64,000 bases of DNA, from assembly GCF_006345805.1 (NCBI RefSeq), contig NC_043001.1, positions 9,858,001-9,922,000 of the forward strand, written 5' to 3'. Position numbers and translations under genes: made by a program. The notes beneath the pieces are model-generated. The model saw only the letters and a list, made by a program, of their open reading frames with translations. It had not been told where the DNA came from and made no database searches. Shown here piece after piece: positions 11,750 through 25,189 of the stretch. How positions within the stretch are numbered: position 1 is the first letter of the stretch; every line of letters begins with the position of its first letter. This stretch comes from Octopus sinensis. Lineage: Eukaryota.

Positions 11750-12170
11750 CATCGTTATCATCATCATTTAACGTCCGTTTTCCATGCTGGCATGGGTTGT
11801 ACGGTTTGACTGACGACTGGTGAGCCAGAGGCTGCACCAGACTCAATCTTGATCTGGCAAAGTTTCTATGGCTGGTTGCTCTTCCTAACACCAACCACTC
11901 TGAGAGTGTAGTGGGTGCTTTTTTCATGCCACTGGCATGAGGGCCTGTCGGGAGGTTCTGGCAATGACCATGCTCAAAAGATGTTTTTTACGTATTACGT
12001 GCATGTGAGCCGGTCTGGCAGTACTTGCAACAACCATGCCCGAATGATGCTTTTCACATGCCACCAGCATGGGAGCCAATCCGTGGCCCTGGCAACAATT
12101 CCACTCGGATGTGCTTTTAAAGTTTCACTGGGAAGAGTGCCAATCAAGCAGTACTATCATCGGCCATGTT
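11750..12170 (-). mobile_element. SINE family C
   Basis: catcatcatttaacgtccgttttccatgctggcatgggttg is the reverse-complement tail. Confidence 0.85.
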
Positions 12171-12194
12171 AGTGATTTGTAAAGATATTAAATA

Positions 12195-12545
12195 ATGATT
12201 TGAAATTCTTGCCACAAGCACAGCTTGGGGTGGGGATTAAGTCCATTATATCGACCCCAATGTTACTTAATTTATCAACTCCGAAAGGATGAAGGGCAAA
12301 GAATGTAGCAACAGGCGAAATACCTATTTCTTTACTACCCACAAGGGGCTAAACACAGAGAGGACAAACGGATTAAGTCGTTTACATCGACCCCAGTGCG
12401 TAACTGGTACTTATTTAATCGTCCCCGAAAGGATGGAAGGCAAAGTCGACCTCGGCGGAATTTGAACTCAGAACATAGTGGCAGACGAAATACCACCAAG
12501 CATTTCGCCCGGTGTGCTAACGATTCTGCCAGCTCACCGCCTTAA
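12195..12545 (-). mobile_element. SINE family B, one full copy plus a fragment
   Basis: cccacaaggggctaaacacagag tail; head ends ctgccagctcaccgcc. Confidence 0.9.
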
Positions 12546-12909
12546 GAAAGATATTGAATAACAACGTTGAATAATAATATCTTGTGTTTGCTTATAAAGG
12601 CTAAATGATTTCAAAGGAAGATTTACCATTCTCTTACTTCTCTTTTATTACAACCCAATGAAGAACCAAAATTTCTACATCTAGGCAAGTCTAGTTACAT
12701 TGGTTAGATACAAATGCTATTAAGAAAGAGTTTAAAGATGGGTTTTTTTACCCAAACAACCCTCCAATCACAGAAGAGTTTAGTTAAAGAATGAAAAACA
12801 AACACGAACGTCTATTAAGATTTTTCATAATGACTTCTGCACACACAACAGTGGTGTCTACATACAAAAGCAGCTGGCTCACTAGCATTAAAAAAATGCT
12901 TCAGCAATG

Positions 12910-13150
12910 ATTATTATTAATATTATTATTATTATTATTATTATTATTATCATCATCATCATCATCATCATTATTATTATTATCATCATTATCATTATTA
13001 TTATTGTTATTATTATTATCTATAAAGAAATGATTATTTTTATCTGAAGAGGCATGCATTTTTCCTGTGCATGCTTCAATCAACTTTCTTGAAAGATGTT
13101 GCTATGGTTATCATGCAATTGTGTAATAGCATCTTCATATTATTATTATT

Positions 13151-13199
<49 letters not shown>

Positions 13200-13210
13200 G
13201 TAATAATAAC
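12910..13210. repeat. (ATT/ATC)n and (ATT)n(AAT)n microsatellites
   Basis: Direct reading. Confidence 0.9.
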
Positions 13211-13912
13211 CGTAGTAGCATTGTGCATTATAAAGTGGAAGTAATTATTGTTAACTTTTTTATAAGGCAATATAGCTTTTATAAAACGAAGCATCATCAT
13301 GGAAAAGATTTAAAAATATTGTTTGCGATGTAATCGTGAATAACCTATTGGAACCGAGACATTTAATTGCGGAAAATTGTTACAGTTTTAGTTTTCCTTG
13401 TGAATACTTCTCTGACTACAGCCACCATTCAGTCTTTCGTTCATTTATCTATCTACTCATTATTTATTTAAAGAAAAAAAGAAAAAGAAAATATTTCCTT
13501 GCTTTAGTTCATATGTGTGTGTGTGTGTATGTATATATATTTATATTATAAAAAACTTTTTGTAGTCGTAATTTGAATTTAATTCACTATTTCATATTTA
13601 AAAAAAAAATTCAGATTGTTTAAATGTGTGTGTGTGTGTGTGTATGTGCATGTGTAAATAGATAACACGCATGTGTGTGCACCCATAAACACTTATAAAT
13701 ACAATACCCATACATTTATACACGTACACACTACCATATACATGTAATTATGCAGTTAGTTATGGGCATACTCATACTTATACACACACTTACTTATGCA
13801 CAAACCAAAACTTATATATATATACACACATACACACACACACATGTCATGAAGTGGATTTTAATCAATTTTAATCACCTGAGTATTTCCCAGTACAAAT
13901 TCAGTATAATTA

Positions 13913-13920
13913 TGATTATG

Positions 13921-13964
<44 letters not shown>

Positions 13965-13997
13965 CGTAACAATAATAATGATAATTATTAATACTAT

Positions 13998-14030
<33 letters not shown>

Positions 14031-14056
14031 TATTATTATTATTATTATTATTATTG
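13913..14056. repeat. (AAT)n followed by (ATT)n: palindromic AT-rich repeat
   Basis: Direct reading. Confidence 0.9.
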
Positions 14057-15477
14057 GCATTCTATTAATTTATTGCAAGTAGGCGTAGAGGGAGAATTAA
14101 ATCTCAAATTGCGTATTTTGCTTATATTAATCTGAAAATGCTTGAAATAATTGTGGTTTTATGGTTTATATGTATACATATGGTTTATATGTGTATATAT
14201 ATATATGCACACGCACACACATATACACATATAATATGTGTGTATGTATAAGTAAATCCACTCTTCTATATGAAACTATATGCATATATATGTATGCATA
14301 CATTTACAAAATACACATACACATCATGTCACGAAATAGGTTTAATTAATTTTAATCATCTGAATAGTTCCCGCTATATCTTCAGGATAATTATAATGGC
14401 TGTGATAATGATTTATATATATATATATATATATATATAAGTGTGTGTGTGTGTATATATACATACACATATATATATATTCTATTAATTTATTGTAGGT
14501 GGGAGGAGAGGGGTACTAAGTCTTAAATACGTATTTTGTTTATGATAATCTTAAAAATGCTTGAAATAATTGTGGTCTTATGGTTATATGCATGTATATA
14601 TTTTATATATGTATATATACACACATGAATAATGACTTTTTCATTGCAGATTTTTAATTTAAATTTTCTTGCTCGAAATAATAAAGCTTTCTTGTCTTCC
14701 AATTAGAAATTGGTGGAGAGGTAGAGATTATGAATTTCTAATCATATTCCACTGTTTTTAATGTAGTTAGATTTAAGAAGGGTCAAGACCATAGCCAAAC
14801 AGAATATTCATATTTTCTCAGATTTGTTTACTTATTTTACAGAAGCGTGTGCATCTTTGCTTGCAGCATCTTGCATTAATACTTGCACCATTAGCTTATC
14901 ATTACAACTCATTTTAAAGTTTTCTCAACAACATTATCCTATATGATGGACTTAAAATATTAAAATATACATTAAGATAATGACAGTTTGAGCAATGCAA
15001 ATTACATTTTTTTCTTAAATATTTGTCAAAAATGTCATTGCTTGCCAAAAACTAGAAATGTTTTGTCTAATTTATAACAGATATAATTTGTACAAGCACT
15101 AATTAAAATGAATTGTAGTTACAGTTAATTATGGGTTAATACTGAAATAATTTTTAGTTCAGGTTCATTTCAGATTGTACAATTTCATCTCTCATAATTA
15201 TCTGCTTAAATACTAAATATTTTAGATGCCCTCAAGATGAAGTTTACACAGAAAACTTTTATATTTTTATGTGTATTAGCACCACTAAGAGACTATATTC
15301 TTTATAATTCTTTAAATTAGGAACCATCCCATTTTAAAAATAGATCTCATACCAGGAGATATCGTATTTCCTTCATGTTTCTCCTTTTCTTTCACCCTAG
15401 GATTCAAGGCCAGTCACCCAGTTTCCATGGTGACTGAGACCACTTATCTTTTTTTGCATCTCTTTTATTTTATCTTT

Positions 15478-15700
15478 TATTTCTTACTTGTTTCAGTCAT
15501 TAGACTGTGGCCATGCTGGGGCACCACTGTATAGAATCTTAATCAAATGAATCAATCCCAGTACTTTTTTTGTCTTTTTGCTCTAGGTTTGGAACTTGTT
15601 TTATCGGTGTCATTTAATGAACTGTTAAGTTATAGGGACCCAAACACATCAACACCAGTTGTCAAGCAGTGTTAGGGGTCAGACACACACACAAATATAT
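15478..15700 (-). mobile_element. SINE family A 3' half
   Basis: ttgtttcagtcattagactgtggccatgctggggcacc. Confidence 0.75.
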
Positions 15701-15702
15701 AT

Positions 15703-15980
15703 GGCAAAGGGGTTAAGGTGTTGCACTCACGATTACCAGATCATGGGTTCGATTCTCAGACTGGATGTTGTGTTGTGTTCCTGAGCAAAGCACTTCATTT
15801 CACGTTGCCCTGCGATCATTTCGACATCTGACATGTGGCACCCAGTTGCACCTGTACAGGTAATGTCGATCAGAAGGAGGGACTGAGCTTATGTCTACAC
15901 AAACATTTGATCCCTATAAACAAATCATCTGAGTGGTGGTTCACCAAGAAATTGTCGAGCCCTCATACGTCATCTAACAA
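15703..15980 (+). mobile_element. tRNA-derived SINE, family E (CORE-like block)
   Basis: B box ggttcgattct then gtgttgtgttcctgagcaaagcacttcatttcacgttgc. Confidence 0.65.
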
Positions 15981-15994
15981 CAAAAGAGTCCATG

Positions 15995-16280
15995 ATATAT
16001 ATATATACACAATGGGTTTCTTTATGTTTCCATCTGCCAAATCCATTGACAAAGTCTTGTTTGGTCCAAGACTGTAAAAGAAGATACTTGCCCAAATTGT
16101 CACACATTGGAACTGAACCCAAAACCATGGGCTTCTTTATGCTTTCATTTGCCAAATCCATTGACAAAATTTTGTTCGGCCCAAGACTGTAAAAGAAGAT
16201 ACTTGCCCAAATTGTCACAGATTGGAACTGAACCCAAAACCATGTGATTGGGAGAAAAGCTTCCTAACTGCACAATGATG
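15995..16280 (-). mobile_element. SINE family A 5' half with ~115-bp tandem duplication
   Basis: Near-identical blocks start at 16012 and 16127. Confidence 0.8.
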
Positions 16281-16964
16281 CCATATATTTTTTACCTTAT
16301 TAGAATGGAGACATTAACTATTCGTATTTTAATATTTCTAGAGAATTGCACTTCTCTAAGCTACCTTATTGAATTCATCTTCAAGTTTGAGTGGATTATG
16401 AGCTGTTGACACCATGAATGATTTATGATGAATGTTATTCTTAAGGGAAGAGTTATAATGAGGCGAGTCATTGAAATGTTGTATTTTTAATGAGGTTCTG
16501 CTTGTCTAAGAAAACAGAAGACTGACTTGCTTTTTCTCATCACAAATCATATTTTGGTTCTGGCTGGAAGCTTTAAGTACAACCAAATTCATCTTCATTT
16601 GTTATACTTCTTGGCTGGTTAAACATCAAAAATGAAGGATAAAATATGGTTGACACTTTCTGTTGAATGTGATTTGGCATTATTTGTAGGAACCATGCTG
16701 CAATGTTCACATAGTCATGAGAGGACACACACACCCTTTCAACCCTTTTAAACTTGAAGCCAATGGAACAATCAAGATTTGATGGATGGAAGGAGAATGG
16801 ATTGTTCTCCAGTACTTGGTCGGTACTCTGTTTTATTGACTCCAAGATGACCGTGGCAAGTTTTTAACTCCAAACATAAAGAGAATATAGGGGTCACTAT
16901 TTTCAGGCTCTCGTGATTCTGGCAATTTACTACCAATTATATCAAATGCAAGAGTAGTAAAATA

Positions 16965-17372
16965 TTCTTTTCTATTCTAAGCACAAAGCCCCAATACGCA
17001 ACTGGTACTTACTTTATTGAACCTGAAAGAATGAAAGGCAAAGTCAACCTCGGCAGAATTAAACTCAGCACACAAAGAGGGGTGAAATACCGCAAAGCAT
17101 TTCTCCTGGCATGCTAACGTTTCTGCCAGCTCATCGCCTTATAGCTGCAGAAATATTCTTTTCTACTCTAGGCACAAGGCCCGAAATTTTGGGGTAGGGG
17201 GCCAGTTGATTAGATCAACCCCAGAATGCAACTGGTACTTAGTTTATTGACCCTGAAAGAATGAAAGGCAAAGTTGGCTTCAGCAGAATTAAACTCGGCA
17301 CATAAAGACAGATGAAATACCGCTAAGCATTTCGCCCAGCATGCTAGCGTTTCTGTCAGCTCGCCACCTTAA
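16965..17372 (-). mobile_element. Two tandem SINE family B copies
   Basis: Two gaaagaatgaaaggcaaag cores and two ccagctc..cct heads. Confidence 0.85.
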
Positions 17373-17744
17373 TAAAAGTAGTAAAATATTGTAAGAATAT
17401 AATATTTATTGTGAAAATAGTAAATCTATTCAAGAGGACTTTATACTATAATCGAGAAGTACCATAAAATCAAAAATAAACACTTACTGTTTAACCCTTC
17501 ACTTCTGTGCTAAATTGTTCTTTGAATGAATTTCAATGAATAGATAGAAATATCTGGTGTCCTAGGTACCCTCACTCCAGGTTCCCTGGGTTAAAGAACC
17601 AAAAAAAAAAAAATGATTTCCCACCTAATATTGTTTCAGTATCACTAAACGCCATGCAGTGGAACTGTACATGAAACCATGTGGTTAGGAGGCAAATTTT
17701 TTAACCACATGGCCCCACCCATACCTATTTCAAAATTTCAGCTC

Positions 17745-17912
17745 ATTAGGAAGGGCATCCTTGGTGTTAGGAAGGGCATCCAGCTGTAGAAATTCTGCCA
17801 GATGAGATTGGAGCCTGGTGCAGCCATCTGGTTCGCCAGACCTCAGTCAAATCGTCCAACCCATGCCAGCATGGAAAGCGGATGTTAAACAATGATGATG
17901 ATGATGATGATG
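17745..17912 (+). mobile_element. SINE family C 3' part
   Basis: ttaggaagggcatcc duplicated, (GAT)n tail. Confidence 0.85.
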
Positions 17913-18604
17913 TTAGGCACAAACCTGCAACCTACATGCTAGAGAACACACACATGCCCTTTAAACTTTAAAATTGCATAAGAATAATTTTTTTCTTCTT
18001 CTTCTTTGGCCATTTATCTTCCAGCAGAAAAAAAAAACAAAACAAAAGTAGATCTTCCTCAACACCTCCACCCAATCTAAGAATTCTGTTCATTGGTTTT
18101 TATTGTTGCTTTATATTATTATCTCCGGATCCCAAACAGATGATGATGCATACAACGTGAAAAGCAGGAATGTAAGAATGGTTGCATGGTGTTAGTTCTG
18201 TTAGTCATAACTGAAACACGAACGTTGAAGGAAATATAAAGACATGGACAATGTTTGTATATAGACAGCATATTTCCATCACAAACAATTCATTGTTTCG
18301 TCAGAAAGAAGAGAAAAAAGATATTTTCCTGGCAAAGCAACATTTTTATTAGAACATGCATTGATAGTTGTTGTTAGCTACGGAATCAAAAGTCAAGTGA
18401 TTCTTTTGTAGAAAATAGGTTTCGTATTTTTATCCTAATATTTCTTATCTTTCTTGGCTTTACACTGGTTTTTTTTTATTTTCATGTAAATTACAAAGAT
18501 GCATGTGTGGTTGTGTGTTTAAGAAGTGTGCTTCCCGACCTCAGTTTAAAGGTTCAGTCCCACTCCACAGCCCTTTGGGCCAGTGTCTTCCATAACAGGC
18601 TTGG

Positions 18605-18792
18605 GGAGTTTTGGGGGAGGAGGCCAGTCGATTAGATCGACCCCAGTATGCAACTGGTACTTAATTTATCAACCCTGGAAGGATGAAATCCAAAGTGGAC
18701 CTCAGCGGAATTTGAACTCAGAATGTAAAGACAGACAAAATATCGCTAAGCATTTCTCCCGGCATGCTAACGTTTTTACCAGCTTGCTGTCT
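18605..18792 (-). mobile_element. SINE family B
   Basis: ggccagtcgattagatcgaccccagtatgcaactggtac..aatttgaactcag. Confidence 0.85.
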
Positions 18793-18892
18793 TATTATAT
18801 GAATATGATATTGTGAATATATATAAATATATGAATATAATATTGTGTGAGTGTTTTTGTCCTCTTGTCTCAAAATGAGTGATTATTGTAAA

Positions 18893-19180
18893 CACCTCGC
18901 CTGGCCCCAGCCTCGCCTGGCCTCCGTGCCGGTGGCACGTAAAAAGCACCATCCGAGCGTGGCCATTTGCCGGCCTCGTCTGGCACCTGTGTCGGTGGCA
19001 CATAAAAAGCACCCACTACACTCATGGAGTGGTTGGCGTTAGGAAGGGCATCCAGTTGTAGAAACACTGCCAGATCTGACTGGAGCCTGGTGCAGCGTTC
19101 GGGCTTCCCAGACCCCAGTTGAACCGTCCAACCCATGCTAGCATGGAAAGCGGACGTTAAACGATGATGATGATGATTGT
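18893..19180 (+). mobile_element. SINE family C
   Basis: Hairpin subrepeats plus (GAT)n tail. Confidence 0.9.
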
Positions 19181-20296
19181 AAATGAACACCACCATCATA
19201 CAGGCATCAATGCATAGTGTCTCTACCCAAGTGGAAAAATTACCACGTTTGGAAACAGAGAACAAGATGGGCTTCCAGTGATAAAAAAATCCACCTCAAC
19301 AAATCCCTTTTAATCCATGCAAACCTAGAAAGGTGGACATCAAAATGACAATGATGAAGAGTACTTAAGTTTAAGCTTAAAGTATTAGGTGTGTTCTCTC
19401 TCATTAAGCTTAAAGTATTAGATGTGTTCTCTCTCATCTTTAAAAGAAAAAGAATAACAAAAGAAAATTTTTCTCAGTATTTTTGACATTTACAAATGTT
19501 TTGTTTTATTGAATTATTTATTTATTTTAGTTTTTCTGGTAATTTTCTTCATTATTGGTTGACATAATTTCGTTGAAGAACTAGAAATTCTATGTTGAAG
19601 TGGTTCTTTTCCCAAAGGAGCTCAATGATATAACTGTGCATAAAAGATGTTAATTTGATCAGCCCAACAAGATCACAAATGAATTATTTGTTATTTTAAA
19701 ATATTCTCATGTGATTCATTAAAAAGAAGAAGTTGTCAACCTGAAGTCAGAAGAAAACAAAAAGTAAAATTAGAAAAGAAACAAATAGAATGACAGCGTT
19801 AATTCAGTTGACTGTTAGCTTTAGCAACGGTGAGTCACTACCATTGCTGACATCTGTAAAGTTCACTGGAACTCTCTGTGGTTTCTTAACCTATTTAGCA
19901 GCAATAACAGCTAAATGTTCCTCAAGTGACACCTAACTGTCCAAAAGCAAAGGACCCACAGGTAACTACCAGTTTCTTTCATATCCTTTGGCTCCAAAGC
20001 CTTGAGAGATTCACTGTTTACCCAGACCATCTACTGTCATGAAATAATAATTCATTAACCACCTATAACCTACTAATTATAAGCTAATTGCTAATTATAC
20101 GATTAGAATACAAAAATACTGAAGTCCATTTATTCCAACAGTTCTATTTTATCTTGGATCAATATGGATTGGTCTTTACCATTTGTGTCTGATGCTCTCA
20201 GTGCTCTGCCTGTTGTAATCAAAGCTAAGGGTACCGTTATGCTAAATAAATAGGGGATCTCTTAGAACATTGATCCCATCACAGATAAGTACAGCT

Positions 20297-20616
20297 AACT
20301 GGCTTCCGTGCCGGTGGCATGTACAAGGCACCATTTGAGCATGATCGTTACCAGCATTGCTTTACTGGCACCTGTGCCGGTGGCATGTGTAAAAAGATTC
20401 GAGCGAGATCATTGCCAGTACCGCCTGACTGGCCTCTGTGCTGGTGGCACATAAAAGCACCCACCAGTGGTTAGCGTTAGGAAGGATATCCAGCTGTAGA
20501 AACTCTGCCAGATCAAGATTGGAGCCTGGTGAAGCCATCTGGTTTGCCAGTCCTCAGTCAAATCGTCCAACCCATGCTAGCATGGAAAGCAGACATTAAA
20601 CAATGATGATGATGAT
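20297..20616 (+). mobile_element. SINE family C
   Basis: Three gtgccggtggca-type subrepeats plus (GAT)n tail. Confidence 0.9.
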
Positions 20617-20791
20617 AAATAATACATGTGATCACATTTTACACAACGCCACCTATGGGCATGCAGTGAACCAGGCTAGCAGCTATGGGAATCTGAAGTT
20701 CCTCCTAGAAATTGATTCAGGTTAACAGAGGCACCAGAAATGCCTGAAAGTAGTGGTGTAGCTGTCTATAGACTTAGACCTGTCCACTGCC

Positions 20792-20950
20792 TGAATGAAT
20801 GAATGAATGAATGAATTAATGAATGAGTGAATGAGTGAGTGAATGAGTGAATGAATGAATGAGTGAGTGAGTGAGTGAATGAGTAAATGAATGAATGAGT
20901 GAGTGAATAAGTGAATGAATGAGTCAGTGAATGAGTGAGTGAATGAATGA
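20792..20950. repeat. (GAAT/GAGT)n tetranucleotide microsatellite
   Basis: Direct reading. Confidence 0.95.
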
Positions 20951-21064
20951 AAGTGGGATTGTTATGACTAAACTATCTTAGGTTATAGGGAGCCTATTAG
21001 GTGTGACCTGAGGCTAAACTACAATGGTAATTGCAAATTCGATAGAAGGTTAAAAGTTTCAGAA

Positions 21065-21450
21065 CAGGAGTGGCTGTGTGGTAAGTAGCTTGCTAACCAA
21101 CCACATGGTTCCGGGTTCAGTCCCACTGCGTGGCATCTTGGGCAAGTGTCTTCTGCTATAGTCCCGGGCCGACCAATGCCTTGTGAGTGGATTTGGTAGA
21201 CAGAAACTGAAAGAAGCCTGTCGTATATATGTATATATATATATGTGTGTGTGTTTGCGTTTGTCCCCCTAGCATTGCTTGACAACCGATGCTGGTGTGT
21301 TTACGTCCCCATCACTTAGCGATTCAGCAAAATAAGTACTGGGCTTACAAAGAATAAGTCCCGGGGTCGATTTGCTTGACTAAAGGCGGTGCTCCAGCAT
21401 GGCTGCAGTCAAATGACTGAAACAAGTAAATGAGTAAAAGAGTAAAAGAA
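21065..21450 (+). mobile_element. SINE family A, full length, young subfamily
   Basis: Near-identical to the 38963 and 54240 copies. Confidence 0.9.
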
Positions 21451-24400
21451 TCGTTTTGACTGCCTTGAAAGAAGGAAAAAGCATTCTTTGCTTCTCTTCT
21501 TATTCATTAGAACATCCATAGTGAGATAATCACTCAATTTTTTTATTTATAAATATATATTTGTTGCTATATATATATATATATGCTGATAGCCATTGGA
21601 AAAATAAAATAAAGAAAGCGTAAAATGTGATCTTTCTTCAGTGAGCTATGAAAATTAAGATTAATGACTGCAAAGACAGCAAGTTTGAGAGACCAGTTGT
21701 TTTACAGACTTATGTTAGACATGCCAACATAGAAAACACTTATTTCAAAGTATAAGATTGATATTCAACCCGAGGTACTATCATTATTATTATTATTATT
21801 TTTTTTTTTAATAACTACAAGCCCAAAAAATCAATCATCATCATCATCATCACCATCATTTCCTCTTAACCTTCCGTTGGCTGTATTAACCTGTATTAGT
21901 CAGGTGTAGAGAAGTATTTCTCTCGTCTGGAGCTAATTCATCTTTTTGTCAGTGTGTCCATATGACTTAACATTCTCAAATGGGAGTTAAATACCTTGCT
22001 CCGTGCCAGCTAAGGCCAACTCTTCTCTTAACGGTTATAAATCACTCGCTTAAAACAAATTTCGACCGATCACACATAATCTATGTTCATTATGTCCATA
22101 GTAACATAATTATATTTTAGTACCAGCCAATCCATTCAATAGTGAGTGACATTCAACCAAATTTCCATTGCATATCCATTAGATTACACTTAGCTTCCGA
22201 CGTATGTGTTCACACATCACCATTGTTAGTCTCGGACAAAATGCCTTCTGGTATTTGTAGCTGCTCTCTATGTTCTGAGTTCAAATCCTGTTGTGGTCAG
22301 TTTCGCTTTTCGTCCATTTGGGGGTCAATAAAATAAAGTCCCAAGGGACAACTTAGTTGACTGCTGCTTTGTGCCCACATGAAGAAATCTGTGTATCAAC
22401 GAAAAGAATTGTCTTGGACCCTGGTAATCCATCCAACCCATATTAGTATGACAAGTAACTGGCCAACTCCCTAATTGCAACCACCTTCTCAATTATTAAC
22501 CCCTTTGTCCCCTCCTTCACACTAACCTACCTTTTACCCTGCTCTCTTGTTTCCCTTACTCTCACCCCAACTCTCTTCCCTCTGTAACCTCCCACATTAC
22601 CATTCTCTCAAAAACAACAAATTAAACAACAAATTTGTTTCATCCATCAAGGAGTCTTTCATTCACGTGACAAGTTGTAAGGCAACACCAACAATACTGT
22701 TGCCATAAAAAGCCCCTGATCCAAACAGTTACAATGCAGTTTGAGGGGTTTCTTTAGTCTTGCTGATGGCAAGGAAACCTCTGTTATGCTGTTGTCACAA
22801 AAAAGTGCACCAAATACACTCTGCAAAGTGGTTAGTGCTAGGAAGGGCCTTCATCTGTAGAAACCATGCCAAAAATGAAACATTTGAGTAAGACTTAGTT
22901 CCTTAATTCACTGAATCCTCTCAAACCATTCTGTTCATGAGCAGCACCGTAAACAGATCTCAAATGATGATTATGTTAATGATGTTGTGTGTCAGCACAG
23001 CGCTTCATTGATTAGAATACACTGTTGTCACATCAACACCATTTGTAACACCCAATTACATTGCTTTTACCAACAAACACATACATTGACTCACAAGCAC
23101 ACAGGCACGTGCACATTACCATTCCACACACACACACACACACACACATACACACACACTCTTCTCACTTTCTCTTTCTCTCCAAAAGTGAGCTCAAGAA
23201 AGAAAAAAAACAGAAAGAAAAAGACACAAAAGAACAATAACAGGAATGAATTTAGTGTCAAACATTTTTTCCTGTCGTAACTGTAGGCCTAAAGGAGGAA
23301 ATAATAAAGAAGTAATGCTCTTCTCAAAGAATATATGACCACTGCTTACCCAGCAGTCCAAAACTCTCTTATTTCCTTACTTAATGCGAAAGCATTTCGA
23401 AAGAATGTAATATAGCAAACACTGTATTATTTCACAAGACAAAGGTTAAATTTCCTTTGAGAAAAATTGCTGAAGAAGCATTTCTTCCCCAGTTTTTAAT
23501 TTTAATAACATGGTAAATAACCTTCATATTATGAAATATCTCATTGTAACAGTAAATATTTATCTGCAGGGTGTCACTTCACGGAGCTTAGCGAGTAAAT
23601 CTTTCGACATTCTGTTCAATAGGATGTATTTTACTTCCTGGCCCTTTAGCCTATATATCAGGCTCAGATCTAAAGTAATTATTGCTCGCTCAATAACTAC
23701 AGTTAAAAGTGTCTTAAATACAATCATTCTAAGAATTTTAATATCTGGAGAGGAGATTGTTCTGTGTATGATTATAGCCACCAGGTTTAAATGACAAATG
23801 GGGACTTTTTTTTTCCTTCTTTCCCCTATCAATCTCTACACCAAGAGATATAATCTTGGAGCTCTTATGCACTCTCTCCTCTAATGTTAGTAGGTTTATC
23901 TCCACTACAAACCAGTCCAAAATGAACTAGAAAAAAACAATATATAGAGGGATGGTGGGGTATGTCATAAGTAGTTACTTTCGAAATCACAGGGTTTTTT
24001 TTTATCTTTTCTCTCCCTCACTTTTGCTTTAAACTCACTGCAAAAATAAAACCTCATTTGTCATTAATTTCATTAGTGTATCAGTTTGTAATTATCAGTG
24101 ATAACAAGAGCTTAGTCCTAAAAATACATCTGTTGTTATAAACCGTGTCTGATACCATTTCTTTTCTATTTATTCATTACTTCACTTCTTGTTGTTGCAG
24201 TTCTCTTGCTCTCTCTAATAGCAAATGTTTATCCATCTTGTTGGCTCATTTATATATTTTCTATTCTTTATTGTATTTATTGGTTGTAGTTCATCTGATG
24301 TCAACATTTAATAGCAAGGGTTCTGATTTTTATTTTGCTTTTATATTCTAATGTTTCTTTTTTGTTTTCTTTTTACACGCATATTGTAGTTTTTTTTTTT

Positions 24401-25189
24401 CTATCATTTTTCTTCTTCTATCTGATGATCGTAGCTCATTTGTGTATTTACAAATGCATTTCAACATTACACATCAATGTCCAATTATAATTCATCCTAA
24501 TGCTAATATTAAGCACATCCTGATATGATCAGAAAGGGATTGGTTTTGGCATGAAGCTGTTTGTCTTTCCTTTACAATGGAAGGAAAAAAAATAACAAAT
24601 AACATCCGCAAACAGTAAGTACAATAGTTCGCTGGCAATTGCTTTATTTGAGTAATGTTCTGACTTGAAATTCTAAGGAAATCTTGTTAAGTAATTAGAT
24701 AATGCTGTATTTTGTAATTTGTAAAATAAGTTTTCCTCTCATAAATACAGTTAAACACCATTTAACGCTTATTAATGATTCATTGTTATAGAATTCCTTT
24801 AATTAAAATAGAATAAAATAAAGAATAACCTCATAAACTTATGGCATATCATAAAACAGAAATTTCATTATGTTTTCAGTAATGGTTTGGTGCTGAATAA
24901 ATAAAGATAAGTGAGTTAAAACCTTCTGTGATGATGGCACACTTTCACTGATTTTTAGCAATCAATCAGAGATGATACAAGTACTTGTTAAAAAAATGAA
25001 AATCCTTGAGTTAATTTAGCCAAAAATGTCTGTACTTAACAGTTATGCAGGTCTTTCTTTTGTTCAACATTTTCGTTGGTATGGCAACAGTATGTAAAAC
25101 TGGTGCCATGCATAAACAAAATGGATGAGGAATTAGAATTTCTTTTAAATTTCGAGTATTTTTTGCTGGTGCTTGTGCCAAGTAAGAAG

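Noticed and set aside
14841-14944. Acceptor plus hydrophobic, GPI-signal-like frame (ACASLLAASCINTCTISLSLQLILKF..)
   Set aside because: No upstream exons could be linked; hydrophobic frames are common by chance in AT-rich DNA.
17491-17594. ttaaccc...gggttaa possible mini-MITE
   Set aside because: Only 3 bp of inverted match inside TTAA; could be chance.
19371-19436. 33-bp direct tandem duplication
   Set aside because: Ordinary slippage duplication with no further signal.
19560-19770. Strong minus-strand acceptor at 19741
   Set aside because: All frames stop within 15 codons and no upstream partner is demonstrable.
23510-23832. Overlapping ~90-codon ORFs on both strands in unique DNA
   Set aside because: No recognisable domain, not codon-aligned with each other, and no convincing acceptor/donor pair.
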